A stretch of DNA of 64,000 nucleotides from an uncultured Chloroflexia bacterium. Lineage in GTDB: Bacteria > Chloroflexota > Dehalococcoidia > UBA2979. This document shows positions 1-8,578 of the stretch, piece after piece; the stretch's first letter is position 1; each line of letters opens with the position of its first letter. A program made the position numbers and the translations under genes. Below the pieces are notes generated by a model that was not told where the DNA came from, did not search any database, and was given only the letters and a program-made list of their open reading frames with translations. Location of the stretch: contig CAVSIV010000006.1 in assembly GCA_963728205.1 (NCBI GenBank), positions 1,408,001-1,472,000 on the forward strand, given 5' to 3'.

Positions 1-681
1 TCGCTCGGCGCCGACGGTCGGCCCATCGACTGCTCCGCGCAGGCCGAGCCGGACCACGACCCGGAGGAGACGGCCGCGTCGGCGAGCATCGTCGAGCGCG
101 CCGAGGAGCGCGCCGCCGAGATCGTCGCGCAGGCGTCGCGCGACGCCGCGGCCATCCAGGACGACGCGTACCAGGAGGGCCGCGACCAGGGGTACCGCGA
201 CGGCGTGCTCGAGGCGCGCGGCGAGCTCGCCGACGCCCTCGCCGTCGTCCAACGCATCGGCGCGGACGCGCACGCGGTCCGCGACCGCGTTCTCCGGCAG
301 GCCGAGCGCGAGGTGATCGAGCTCGTGATCGAGGTCGCGGAGACCGTGATCGGCGAGCAGGTCGCGCTCGAGCCGGCGCTGGTGCTCGACACCGTCGAGC
401 GCGCGCTGGCGCGCGCCGGCGCGCAGAACGTCGTGCGCATCCGCGTGCACCCCGACGACCGCGACAAGGTCGTGGTCGCGATGGAGGAGCGCCACGGCGA
501 CGCGCTCCCGTTCCAGGTCATGAACGACCACACGATCGCGGTCGGCGGCTGCGTGATCGACACGCAGGCCGGCGAGGTCGACGCACGGCTCGACGTCCAG
601 CTCGCCGAGGTCGCGCGCGTGCTGCGCGAGGGCGTTCCGGACGGGCGCGGCACCCGGGTGGAGGCGCTCCATGCCGCGTGA
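1..681 (+). CDS. fliH: Flagellar assembly protein FliH (5'-truncated by window edge)
   Basis: Frame is open from base 1. Contains AYQEGRDQGYRDG (GxxxG repeats) and C-terminal GGCVIDTQAGEVDARLDVQL. Overlaps the fliI start. Confidence 0.9.
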   Translation, partial: SLGADGRPIDCSAQAEPDHDPEETAASASIVERAEERAAEIVAQASRDAAAIQDDAYQEGRDQGYRDGVLEARGELADALAVVQRIGADAHAVRDRVLRQAEREVIELVIEVAETVIGEQVALEPALVLDTVERALARAGAQNVVRIRVHPDDRDKVVVAMEERHGDALPFQVMNDHTIAVGGCVIDTQAGEVDARLDVQLAEVARVLREGVPDGRGTRVEALHAA

Positions 682-2005
682 CGACACGCCGGTGATCGAG
701 CTCGGCCGCTACCGCGAGCTGATCGCCGCGATGCAGCCGATGCGCGTCTCCGGTCGCGTGAGCCAGATCGTGGGCCTGCTCGCCGAGGTCGAGGGCATCC
801 CCGGCCGGCTCGGCGAGGTCTGCACGATCGACCGCATGGGCGGCGCGCCGATCCAGGCGGAGATCGTCGGCTTCAAGAGCGAGCGCACGCTGGTGATGCC
901 GCTGGGCGACCTGCGCGGCGTGCAGGCCGGCGCGCGCGTGCAGTCGCACGGCGGGCTGCTCAACGTGCCGGTCGGCGACGAGGTGCTGGGGCGCGTGCTC
1001 GACGGCCTCGGCCGCCCGATCGATGGGCTCGGCTCGGTGGCCGCGGCGGTGCGCCCGCCACACGCCGGCTCCAGCCCGCACGCCCTCGAGCGCCGCATGA
1101 TCGAGGACGCCCTCTCCACCGGCGTGCGCGCCATCGACGGCCTGCTCACCTGTGGCCTCGGGCAGCGCATCGGCATCTTCGCCGGCTCCGGCGTCGGCAA
1201 GTCGACGCTGCTCGCGATGATCGCGCGTCACGCATCGACCGACGTGAACGTGATCGCGCTGATCGGCGAGCGCGGCCGCGAGGTGCGCGAGTTCATCGAG
1301 CGCGACCTCGGGCCGGAGGGGCTCGCGCGCAGCGTGGTCGTCGTCTCCACCTCCGACGAGCCGGCGCCGATGCGTCTCAACGCGGCGTGGGTCGCCACGA
1401 CAATCGCCGAGGAGTTCCGCGCGCGCGGCCTGCACGTCACGCTGATGATGGACTCGGTCACGCGCTTCGCGATGGCCCAGCGCGAGATCGGCCTCGCCCT
1501 CGGCGAGCCGCCGACGATGAAGGGCTACACGCCCTCCGTCTTCTCGCAGCTCTCGCGCCTGCTGGAACGCGCCGGCACGGCGGAGCGCGGCACGATCACG
1601 GCGTTCTACACGGTGCTCGTCGAGTCCGACGACCTCACGGAGCCCGTCACCGACACCGCCCGCGGCACGCTCGACGGTCACATCGTGCTGTCGCGCCAGC
1701 TCGCCGGCCAGAACCACTACCCCGCCATCGACGTGCTCGCGAGCGTCTCGCGCGTGATGCCGGCGATCACCACGCCGGAGCACCGCAAGGCGTCCGGCCG
1801 CCTGCGCGAGCTGCTCGCGCGCTTCGAGCGCTCGCGCGACCTCGTCCAGATCGGCGCTTACGAGCACGGCACCGACGCCGCGCTCGACGAGGCGCTCGAC
1901 CACCTGCCCGCGATCGAGGCCTTCCTGCGGCAGACGCCGGAGGAGTTCGACGGCCTGGAGGGAACCATCCAGCGACTGCAGGCCGCCGTCGGGCTCGCAG
2001 GATAG
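671..2005 (+). CDS. fliI: Flagellar export ATPase FliI
   Basis: Walker A GSGVGKST, ALIGERGREVREF, MDSVTRFAMAQREIGL, DGHIVLSR and YPAIDVLASVSRVM motifs; flagellar context. Confidence 0.97.
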   Translation: MPRDDTPVIELGRYRELIAAMQPMRVSGRVSQIVGLLAEVEGIPGRLGEVCTIDRMGGAPIQAEIVGFKSERTLVMPLGDLRGVQAGARVQSHGGLLNVPVGDEVLGRVLDGLGRPIDGLGSVAAAVRPPHAGSSPHALERRMIEDALSTGVRAIDGLLTCGLGQRIGIFAGSGVGKSTLLAMIARHASTDVNVIALIGERGREVREFIERDLGPEGLARSVVVVSTSDEPAPMRLNAAWVATTIAEEFRARGLHVTLMMDSVTRFAMAQREIGLALGEPPTMKGYTPSVFSQLSRLLERAGTAERGTITAFYTVLVESDDLTEPVTDTARGTLDGHIVLSRQLAGQNHYPAIDVLASVSRVMPAITTPEHRKASGRLRELLARFERSRDLVQIGAYEHGTDAALDEALDHLPAIEAFLRQTPEEFDGLEGTIQRLQAAVGLAG

Positions 2006-2015
2006 GAGGTGCCAG

Positions 2016-2472
2016 ATGGCGGGAAAGTTCCGCCTCCAGCAGGTCCTCGACCTCAAGCGACGCCAGGAAGAGGAGAAGACCCTCGAGCTGGCGACGCTCA
2101 CTGCCGAGCAGCGGCGCTGCGAGCTGGCCCTGCGCGAGCTGCGCGAGAAGGAAGAGGAGCAGCTCCAGGCGCTGCAGGACGTCGCCCGCTCGCGCGCCAT
2201 CGACCCGAGCCGGCTCGACGCGGCGCTCACCTACCTCGACGCGCTCGAGGACTCCATCGCACGCCAGAATCGAGCTCGTCTCCGGCCTTGAGGCGAAGGT
2301 GCTCGAGAGCCGCGACGGCCTCATCGAGATCCTGAAGGAGAAGCAGCTCCTCGAGAAGCTCGAGCAGCAGCACAGCGCCGAGGCGCACTCCGTCGAGCGC
2401 CGGCTCGAGGGCAACCAGCTCGACGAGATTGCGGCGCAGCGCTTCCTCCGCAACCGGGGGGAGGCCGTCTGA
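2016..2472 (+). CDS. fliJ: Flagellar export protein FliJ, +1 frameshift near 2268 (probably a sequencing error)
   Basis: N-terminus FRLQQVLDLK followed by coiled coil. Continues in another frame to EKQLLEKLE...QLDEIA. Removing one A from CAGAATCGAG restores a ~151-aa ORF. Follows fliI. Confidence 0.85.
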
Positions 2473-2966
2473 TGCTCGGCGACATCCTCAACACCCGGTA
2501 CCTGCAGGTCGCGCGCCAGGCGCTGAGCGGGCTGTCGGCCCGCGAGGAGGCGATCGCCTCGAACATCGCGAACATCGACACCCCGGGCTACCAGCGCAAG
2601 GTCGTGTCCTTCGAGGACGCGCTGCAGGCGCAGATCGCGCAGGCGGGGACGCCGAGCGCAGCCGGCACGGCCGGCGCCGGTCGCGCCGGTGCGCCCGTGG
2701 CCGATCTCGCGACGGGCAGCCTGCCGCTGAAGACCACCGATCCGCGACACATGACGGGACCCGGCGGCGGCAGCGCCGGCGTGGCCCAGGGCGCGATCAG
2801 CGGCGTCCAGCCGCAGGACGTGATCGCGACCCGCAACGACGGCAACAGCGTCGACATCGACCAGGAGATGACCGACCTGGTCGACACGCAGCTGCGCTAC
2901 CAGGCGCTGAGTCAGTCGCTCGGCACGCGCCTGCAGACGCTGCGCACCGTGATCAACGGGGTCTAG
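2472..2966 (+). CDS. flgB: Flagellar basal-body rod protein FlgB
   Basis: IASNIANIDTPGYQRKVVSF and RNDGNSVDIDQEM motifs. Confidence 0.96.
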   Translation: MLGDILNTRYLQVARQALSGLSAREEAIASNIANIDTPGYQRKVVSFEDALQAQIAQAGTPSAAGTAGAGRAGAPVADLATGSLPLKTTDPRHMTGPGGGSAGVAQGAISGVQPQDVIATRNDGNSVDIDQEMTDLVDTQLRYQALSQSLGTRLQTLRTVINGV

Positions 2967-2976
2967 GAGGCGAACG

Positions 2977-3417
2977 ATGGCGCTCTGGGACAGCCTGCGC
3001 ATCTCCGCGAGCGCACTCTCCGCGCAGCGGCTGCGCATGGACACCGTGGCGAACAACGTCGCGAACATGAACACGACGCACGGGCCCGACGGCGGGCCGT
3101 ACCGGCGCCAGACCGTGCTCTTCGCGCCGCAGGCGAGCACGCCCGCGTTCGGGGACTTCCTCGGCCGCGCGTCGCAGCAGTCGGCGGGCGAGGGCGTGCA
3201 GGTCACGGGCGTCGTCCAGGACAACACGCCGCCGCGGCGCGTCTACGACCCGGGCAATCCCGACGCCGACGCCCAGGGCTACGTGCTCATGCCCAACATC
3301 GACGTCGTCACCGAGATGACCGATCTCGTCGGTGCGCAGCGCGCGTACCAGGCGGCCGTCACCGTGCTCAACGCCACCAAGTCGCTCGCGCAGAGCGCGC
3401 TCAGCATCGGCCGCTAG
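2977..3417 (+). CDS. flgC: Flagellar basal-body rod protein FlgC
   Basis: SASALSAQRLRMDTVANNVAN, GPYRRQ and YDPGNPDADAQGYVLMPNID motifs. Confidence 0.97.
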   Translation: MALWDSLRISASALSAQRLRMDTVANNVANMNTTHGPDGGPYRRQTVLFAPQASTPAFGDFLGRASQQSAGEGVQVTGVVQDNTPPRRVYDPGNPDADAQGYVLMPNIDVVTEMTDLVGAQRAYQAAVTVLNATKSLAQSALSIGR

Positions 3418-3430
3418 GCGGCGCGGACCT

Positions 3431-3890
3431 CAGCGGCGGCAGACAGGCCGCCGACAGCAGCGGCGGCACCGGCCGCCGGCCACAGCGGCGGCACCGGCCG
3501 CCGACAGCAGCGGCGGCACCGGCCGCCGGCCACAGCGGCGGCACCGGCCGCCGGCCACAGCGGCGGCACCGGCCGCCGACAGCAGCGGCGGCACCGGCCG
3601 CCGACCACAGCGGCGGCAGACATGCCGCCGACAGCAGCGGCGCACCGGCCGCCAACCACAGCGGCGGCAGACAGGCCGCCGACAGCAGCGGCGGCACCGG
3701 CCGCCGGCCACAGCGGCGGCAGACATGCCGCCGACAGCAGCGGCGGCACCGGCCGCCGACAGCAGCGGCGGCACCGGCCGCCGACCACAGCGGCGGCAGA
3801 CATGCCGCCGACAGCAGCGGCGCACCGGCCGCCAACCACAGCGGCGGCAGACATGCCGCCGACAGCAGCGGCGGCACCGGCCGCCGGCGA
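3431..3890 (+). repeat. Tandem array of 18 short palindromic (REP-like) units of 24-27 bp
   Basis: Unit is CAG-CGGCGGC-[AGACAK or ACCG]-GCCGCCG-[ACAG/GCCA/ACCA]. Units 6-10 (3558-3685) recur as units 13-17 (3738-3865), a 180-bp higher-order period. Confidence 0.95.
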
Positions 3891-3902
3891 AGGGACCCGG
3901 CG

Positions 3903-4214
3903 ATGGCCATTCCCGGCATCGGCTCCGGCCTGATCCAGTCGACGACGCAGTCGGCCGGCGGCGCCGCCGGCAGCGGCGGCGCGACGCAGGGCGCGGGCGC
4001 GAGCAGCGGCGCCTTCGGCCAGCTGCTCGACGGCCTCACCCAGCAGTCGGCGACCGCTGACAACGCGCTCAACGGCGTCGCGACCGGCAACGGCGGCGAC
4101 CTGCACGACCTGACGCTGTCGGTGCAGATGGAATCGCTGTCGTTCGACCTCGCCGTCCAGATCCGGAACCGCCTGGTCGACGCCTACCAGGAGATCTTCC
4201 GGATGTCGGTCTGA
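3903..4214 (+). CDS. fliE: Flagellar hook-basal body protein FliE
   Basis: C-terminal DLHDLTLSVQMESLSFDLAVQIRNRLVDAYQEIFRMSV. Confidence 0.95.
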   Translation: MAIPGIGSGLIQSTTQSAGGAAGSGGATQGAGASSGAFGQLLDGLTQQSATADNALNGVATGNGGDLHDLTLSVQMESLSFDLAVQIRNRLVDAYQEIFRMSV

Positions 4215-4341
4215 CGGCGGCGGGCGCGTGCCTGCCGTCTCTGCAGGCCGGCGCAGGCCGCCGGCGATCACCACCAGTTGTCGAACCGCCCCGCCGGGGC
4301 GGACACGCAAGCGGAGTTCAGCAGGGAGGAAGCATGAGGTG

Positions 4342-6030
4342 ATGGCACCACCACTGCCGGGCCTGATCGGCCCGGCGCCACCGTCGGCGAACGCGCCGCC
4401 GGGTGCGGCGCCCGCGAGAGGGCACGGCACCACCGACGGCACCGCGTTCGGCCGGGCCATCGACGCGGCTCGCGCGCGCCAGGACGCCCGCGGTGACACG
4501 AGGACCGACCCGCACGCGCCCGTGTGCCGACCGGCGAAGCAGCCGGCCCGGGACACGGCACAGACCGACGACGCGCAGCCCGCGGGCGACGCGCCGGCGG
4601 CGACCACCGGAGACCAGGCGAAGACGGACCCGGAGACCGGCGTCGTCGATCTCGCTCAGCTCCTGCTCGGCCTTCTGCCGGGCGGCGCGAAGGGCGCGGC
4701 CGCGGGCACGGGAACGCAGACGAAGACGGCACCTCGGCCGGACCGCCCCGCGGGGGCTGAGGGAAGCGACCAGGGCTCGAGCACGCGAGAGGCGTACCAG
4801 GCGCTGATGGCACTGCTGCTCACCGGGACGACGACGCAGGCACCGCCGACCGCGGCCGCCGGCGCGACCACCACGGCCGCGCAGGCGATCACGACCGGTG
4901 GCGACGCGTCCGGCGTCGCGGCGGAGCTCGCGCGCCTGCTGCAGTCGGCGGGAGGCGCCCGGGCGGCGCAGCCCGGCGCGCCGCAGCCGGCCGACGAGCT
5001 CGCGCAGCTGATCGCCGAGATGCAGGCGGCGGAGCCGCCGGCGTCGGCGGCGGGCGGCGGCGGCGAGCTCGCGCAGCTCGTCGCGGCCCTGCGCGCGCAG
5101 GCCGCGGCCGGTTCGGCCGCGACCGCGACGACGCTCGCGGCGGCGGACACGGTGCGACCGGGCCCCGCCCGGCCGGTCACCGCGACCGCGTCCCTCGCGT
5201 CGACCGCGGCGTCCGCCGCGGACGGCGGGCAGGTCACCGGCGCCGCACAGGCGACGTCGGCGCGCGCGCTGGCCGACGCGGTGGCGCAGGCCGCCGGCGG
5301 CACGCCGGCGCCGGCGACCGCGACGGGAGGCACGCCGTCCGGTCGCTCGGCCTCCGGCGCGCAGGCGCCGGCGGTCCCGGGCGCGGACGCGCCCGGCGAC
5401 GGCGGCGCGAAGAAGGCGTCGACGGTGCTCCACGCGGAGCTCGCGACGGCCGGCGGCCCGCCACAGCCGGGCGGCGCGGCGCACACGGCGGCGACCACCG
5501 TCGCCGGCGCGGACGCGCCGGTGCCGGCGCACGACCCCGCGGCGTTCGTCGCGCGGGTGGCCGAGACCGTGCACCAGGCCACGCTCGTCGGCCCGCGCGA
5601 GGTGCGCCTCGTCCTCAACCCGCCGGAGCTGGGGCACCTCACGGTGCACATCCAGGACTCGGCGCAGGGCGTGCGCGTGCTGATCCAGGCCTCGACCGGG
5701 GACGCGCGAGACCTGCTCCAGCAGCACCTCCCGCAGCTCCAGTCGGCGCTCCAGGCGCGCGACGTGCACCTCGACCGGCTGCAGGTGGGCACCACCGCGC
5801 CGTCGCTGTCGGGGCAGTCGCTCGACTGGAATGGCGCGGCGTTCCAGCAGGGGCAACAGCAGGGCCAGCAGCAGGGCACGCCGGTGTGGTCGCCGGTCGC
5901 GGCGCTCGGCCGCGGCGCGACGTCCGGCGCGACCGGCGCCTCGTCCGCGGGTGCGGCCCGCGGCGCGACGGCGGGACGGGCAGCGGCGACGCCGTCCGCG
6001 CGTCCCGGCGGCGTGGACCTGAAGGCGTAG
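4342..6030 (+). CDS. fliK: Flagellar hook-length control protein FliK
   Basis: Long Ala/Thr/Pro-rich N-region, then VRLVLNPPELGHLTVHI...LLQQHLPQLQSAL and a Gln-rich tail. Directly before flgD. Start chosen after the GGAGG/GAGG RBS (uncertain). Confidence 0.88.
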   Translation: MAPPLPGLIGPAPPSANAPPGAAPARGHGTTDGTAFGRAIDAARARQDARGDTRTDPHAPVCRPAKQPARDTAQTDDAQPAGDAPAATTGDQAKTDPETGVVDLAQLLLGLLPGGAKGAAAGTGTQTKTAPRPDRPAGAEGSDQGSSTREAYQALMALLLTGTTTQAPPTAAAGATTTAAQAITTGGDASGVAAELARLLQSAGGARAAQPGAPQPADELAQLIAEMQAAEPPASAAGGGGELAQLVAALRAQAAAGSAATATTLAAADTVRPGPARPVTATASLASTAASAADGGQVTGAAQATSARALADAVAQAAGGTPAPATATGGTPSGRSASGAQAPAVPGADAPGDGGAKKASTVLHAELATAGGPPQPGGAAHTAATTVAGADAPVPAHDPAAFVARVAETVHQATLVGPREVRLVLNPPELGHLTVHIQDSAQGVRVLIQASTGDARDLLQQHLPQLQSALQARDVHLDRLQVGTTAPSLSGQSLDWNGAAFQQGQQQGQQQGTPVWSPVAALGRGATSGATGASSAGAARGATAGRAAATPSARPGGVDLKA

Positions 6031-6040
6031 GAGGACGGCC

Positions 6041-6487
6041 ATGCAGGTGAACTCGACGCCCGGGCAGTCGACGCTCCAGGACTTCTCGATCCCGACGTCC
6101 CAGCGGACGAACGGCTCGAACCTCACGGAGCAGGACTTCCTCAAGGTGATGGTCGAGCAGCTGAAGAACCAGAACCCGCTGGACCCGCAAAACAGCGATC
6201 AGTTCTTCCAGCAGATCGTGCAGTTCCAGACGCTCGACGCCATGCAATCGATGTCCAAGCAGCTGCAGGCCCTCGCCGACGTCGGCGGGCTCGCGAATGC
6301 GTCGGCGCTGATTGGTCGCACCGTGAAGGCGTCGATCGACCAGGCCAACGACCCGACGACCGGCATGCCGCGGCCGCCGAAGGACGTCAGCGGCGTGGTC
6401 GACAGCGTGACCTTCCAGAACGGCCAGCCGATCGTCCACGTCGGCAACAACTCCATCCCGGCCTCGAAGGTGGTGGAGGTCTCGTGA
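6041..6487 (+). CDS. flgD: Flagellar hook capping protein FlgD
   Basis: LTEQDFLKVMVEQLKNQNPLDPQNSDQFFQQIVQFQTL, ASALIGRTV. Confidence 0.93.
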   Translation: MQVNSTPGQSTLQDFSIPTSQRTNGSNLTEQDFLKVMVEQLKNQNPLDPQNSDQFFQQIVQFQTLDAMQSMSKQLQALADVGGLANASALIGRTVKASIDQANDPTTGMPRPPKDVSGVVDSVTFQNGQPIVHVGNNSIPASKVVEVS

Positions 6488-6868
6488 TGGTCGACGCGGT
6501 CGGCGGGGTCGGACCGGGCCTCCCCGGCGCGACGAGCGGCGTTTCGGCCGCGAGCGCGCCGGCGGCCGCGGGCGCGCCCTCGTTCGATGCGGTCCTCCGG
6601 CAGCAGGCGGGTGGCATCCAGTTCTCCCGTCACGCGCTGCGGCGGATTCGAGCAGCGGGGGCTCAACCTCGACGCGGGTCAGATGCAACGGCTGGCGGAT
6701 GCCGTCGGCCAGGCGGAGCAAAAGGGCTCGCGGGACTCGCTGGTGCTGCTGGACGAGCTGGCCCTCGTGGTCAGCGTCCAGAACCACACCGTGGTCACCG
6801 CGATGGACGGAGGCAAACAGGGGGGCGGCGTCTTCACGAACATCGACAGCGTCGTGATCGCGCACTAG
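6487..6868 (+). CDS. Flagellar operon protein (TIGR02530-like), +1 frameshift near 6647
   Basis: IQFSRHALRRI joins EQRGL...AEQKGSRDSLVLLDELALVVSVQNHTVVTAMD...VFTNIDSVVI after removing one T from CGGATTCGAG. The position between flgD and flgE is typical of the family. Confidence 0.85.
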
Positions 6869-6883
6869 CGCGATCACTTAGGG

Positions 6884-7010
6884 CAAGCGGCGGCAGACAC
6901 GCCGCCGACATCGCCGGCGGCAAAAGCCGCCGCCAAACGACCGGCGGCAGAAGCCGCCGACAACGACCGGCGGCAGAAGCCGCCACAGCGGCGGCAGACA
7001 CGCCGCCGAC
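6884..7010 (+). repeat. Cluster of five REP-like hairpins (family 1)
   Basis: CAAGCGGCGGCAGACACGCCGCCG and variants with AAAA/AGAA loops. Confidence 0.85.
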
Positions 7011-7063
7011 ATCGACCGCGCGCGGCAGCACGCTGCCGTGTCGCGCAACCAGCGCAAGGCCGC

Positions 7064-7160
7064 GGCGGCCGGACCTTCCCAGGAGGCCCCCGCGATCAGT
7101 CACGGATGACGCCCCTCGCGACCGAGGGGCTGCCGGGAACCTCCCGGGGAAGGAATCGTT
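7064..7160 (+). promoter_or_regulatory. Candidate structured cis-regulatory leader of flgE
   Basis: GGCC-GGACC...AGGA-GGCC stem, perfect hairpin GCCCCTCG-CGAC-CGAGGGGC (7111-7130), and CCGGGA-ACC-TCCCGG hairpin next to the RBS. Several GGA motifs. Confidence 0.4.
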
Positions 7161-7166
7161 CCGACC

Positions 7167-8423
7167 ATGATGAAGTCCCTGTTCGCCGCCATCTCGGGCC
7201 TGCAGAACCACATGACGATGATGGACGTCGTCGGCAACAACATCGCCAACGTGAACACGCAGGGCTACAAGGCGAGCCGCGTCACCTTCCAGGACATGCT
7301 CACCCAGACCATCGCCGGCGCGAGCGCGCCGACCGCGGACCGCGGCGGCACCAACCCGCAGCAGGTCGGCCTCGGCATGAAGATCGGCGGCATCCAGACC
7401 CTGCAGACGCAGGGCTCGCTCGAGGCGACCGGCAACAACACCGACTTCGCGATCCAGGGCAACGGCTTCTTCGTCGTGAAGAACGGCAACGAGACGTACT
7501 ACACGCGCGACGGCGGCTTCGACGTCTCCACGCAGGGCGAGCTCGTGAACCCGACCAACGGCTTCAAGGTCCAGGGCTGGAAGGCCGACACGGCAGGCGT
7601 CGTCGACACCACGCAGCCGATCGGCGCGATCTCGATCCCCTACGGCCAGTCGATCGCCGCGCAGGCGACCGGCAACGTCACCATGCAGGGCAACCTCGAC
7701 GCCACGGCGGCGACGGGCGACGCCTATTCCACGACCGTGAACATCTTCGACTCGCTCGGCACCGCCCACCCCGTGGAGGTCATCTTCACGCGCAACGCCG
7801 GCGGCGACTGGGATGCCACGCTGAACAGCACCGACCCCGAGGTCGACATCCCGGGCTCCTCGGTGAACGCCGCCGACACGCCCGTCACGTTCGACGCCAC
7901 GGGCCGCATCACGAACCCGGCGCTGGGCAGCCCGCTGCGGCTGTCGATCGCGCTGACGGGCACGACGGCGACCACGCCCGTCGCGGTCGACGTGAACGTC
8001 GACGGCGTCACGCAGTTCGCCGGCGCCGGCCAGCTGTCGACGAGCTCGAACGACGGCTACTCGGCCGGCTCGCTCGTCTCGTTCTCGGTGGGCCCGGGCG
8101 GCGACATCAACGGCATCTTCTCGAACGGCACGACGCGCCCGCTCGGCCAGCTCGCCCTCGCGCTGTTCACGAACGCGGGCGGCCTCTCGCGGGCCGGCTC
8201 GAACAACTGGCAGGAGTCCGCGAACTCGGGCACGCCGATCATCGGCACGCCGGCCACCGGCGGCCGCGGCTCGGTGGGCTCGGGCGTGCTCGAGGGGTCG
8301 AACACGGACCTGGCGCACGAGTTCACGAACATGGTGATCGCGCAGCGCGGCTTCGAGGCCAACAGCAAGGTGATCAGCACGTCGGACCAGATGCTCCAGG
8401 ACCTGGTGAACCTGATCCGGTAA
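7167..8423 (+). CDS. flgE: Flagellar hook protein FlgE
   Basis: SLFAAISGL...MDVVGNNIANVNTQGYKASRVTFQD, TDFAIQGNGFF, YTRDGGF and LEGSNTDLAHEFTNMVIAQRGFEANSKVI motifs. Confidence 0.97.
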   Translation: MMKSLFAAISGLQNHMTMMDVVGNNIANVNTQGYKASRVTFQDMLTQTIAGASAPTADRGGTNPQQVGLGMKIGGIQTLQTQGSLEATGNNTDFAIQGNGFFVVKNGNETYYTRDGGFDVSTQGELVNPTNGFKVQGWKADTAGVVDTTQPIGAISIPYGQSIAAQATGNVTMQGNLDATAATGDAYSTTVNIFDSLGTAHPVEVIFTRNAGGDWDATLNSTDPEVDIPGSSVNAADTPVTFDATGRITNPALGSPLRLSIALTGTTATTPVAVDVNVDGVTQFAGAGQLSTSSNDGYSAGSLVSFSVGPGGDINGIFSNGTTRPLGQLALALFTNAGGLSRAGSNNWQESANSGTPIIGTPATGGRGSVGSGVLEGSNTDLAHEFTNMVIAQRGFEANSKVISTSDQMLQDLVNLIR

Positions 8424-8578
8424 GCACGGCGAGCGATCCTCGGCCGCCGCCATCACGCACGCGGGGGTACGCGAACGGATAGTGGCGGCCGAGGATCTAT
8501 CCAGAGTCCAACCCGGGACGGCACGGACCGGCGCCGTCCCTTCCCACCGGGCGCACTCTGACCGGTCAGGGGACACTA

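Noticed and set aside
671-2005. Injectisome T3SS or F1 ATPase
   Set aside because: The rod, hook, stator and switch genes identify a flagellar system.
3431-3890. CRISPR array
   Set aside because: Units are contiguous with only 7-nt recurring linkers, there are no unique spacers and no cas genes in the window, and the unit matches a dispersed REP-like family.
3332-4090. Repeat-derived ORFs (for example 3332-4060, 3622-3933, 3401-4090)
   Set aside because: These are translations of the 24-27 bp hairpin array. Most unit lengths do not preserve frame, and the ORFs overlap flgC/fliE.
8433-8546. Riboswitch after flgE
   Set aside because: A long imperfect inverted repeat (GATCCTCGGCCGCC/GGCGGCCGAGGATC) and a second hairpin fit a terminator or stabiliser. 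No aptamer consensus was recognised.
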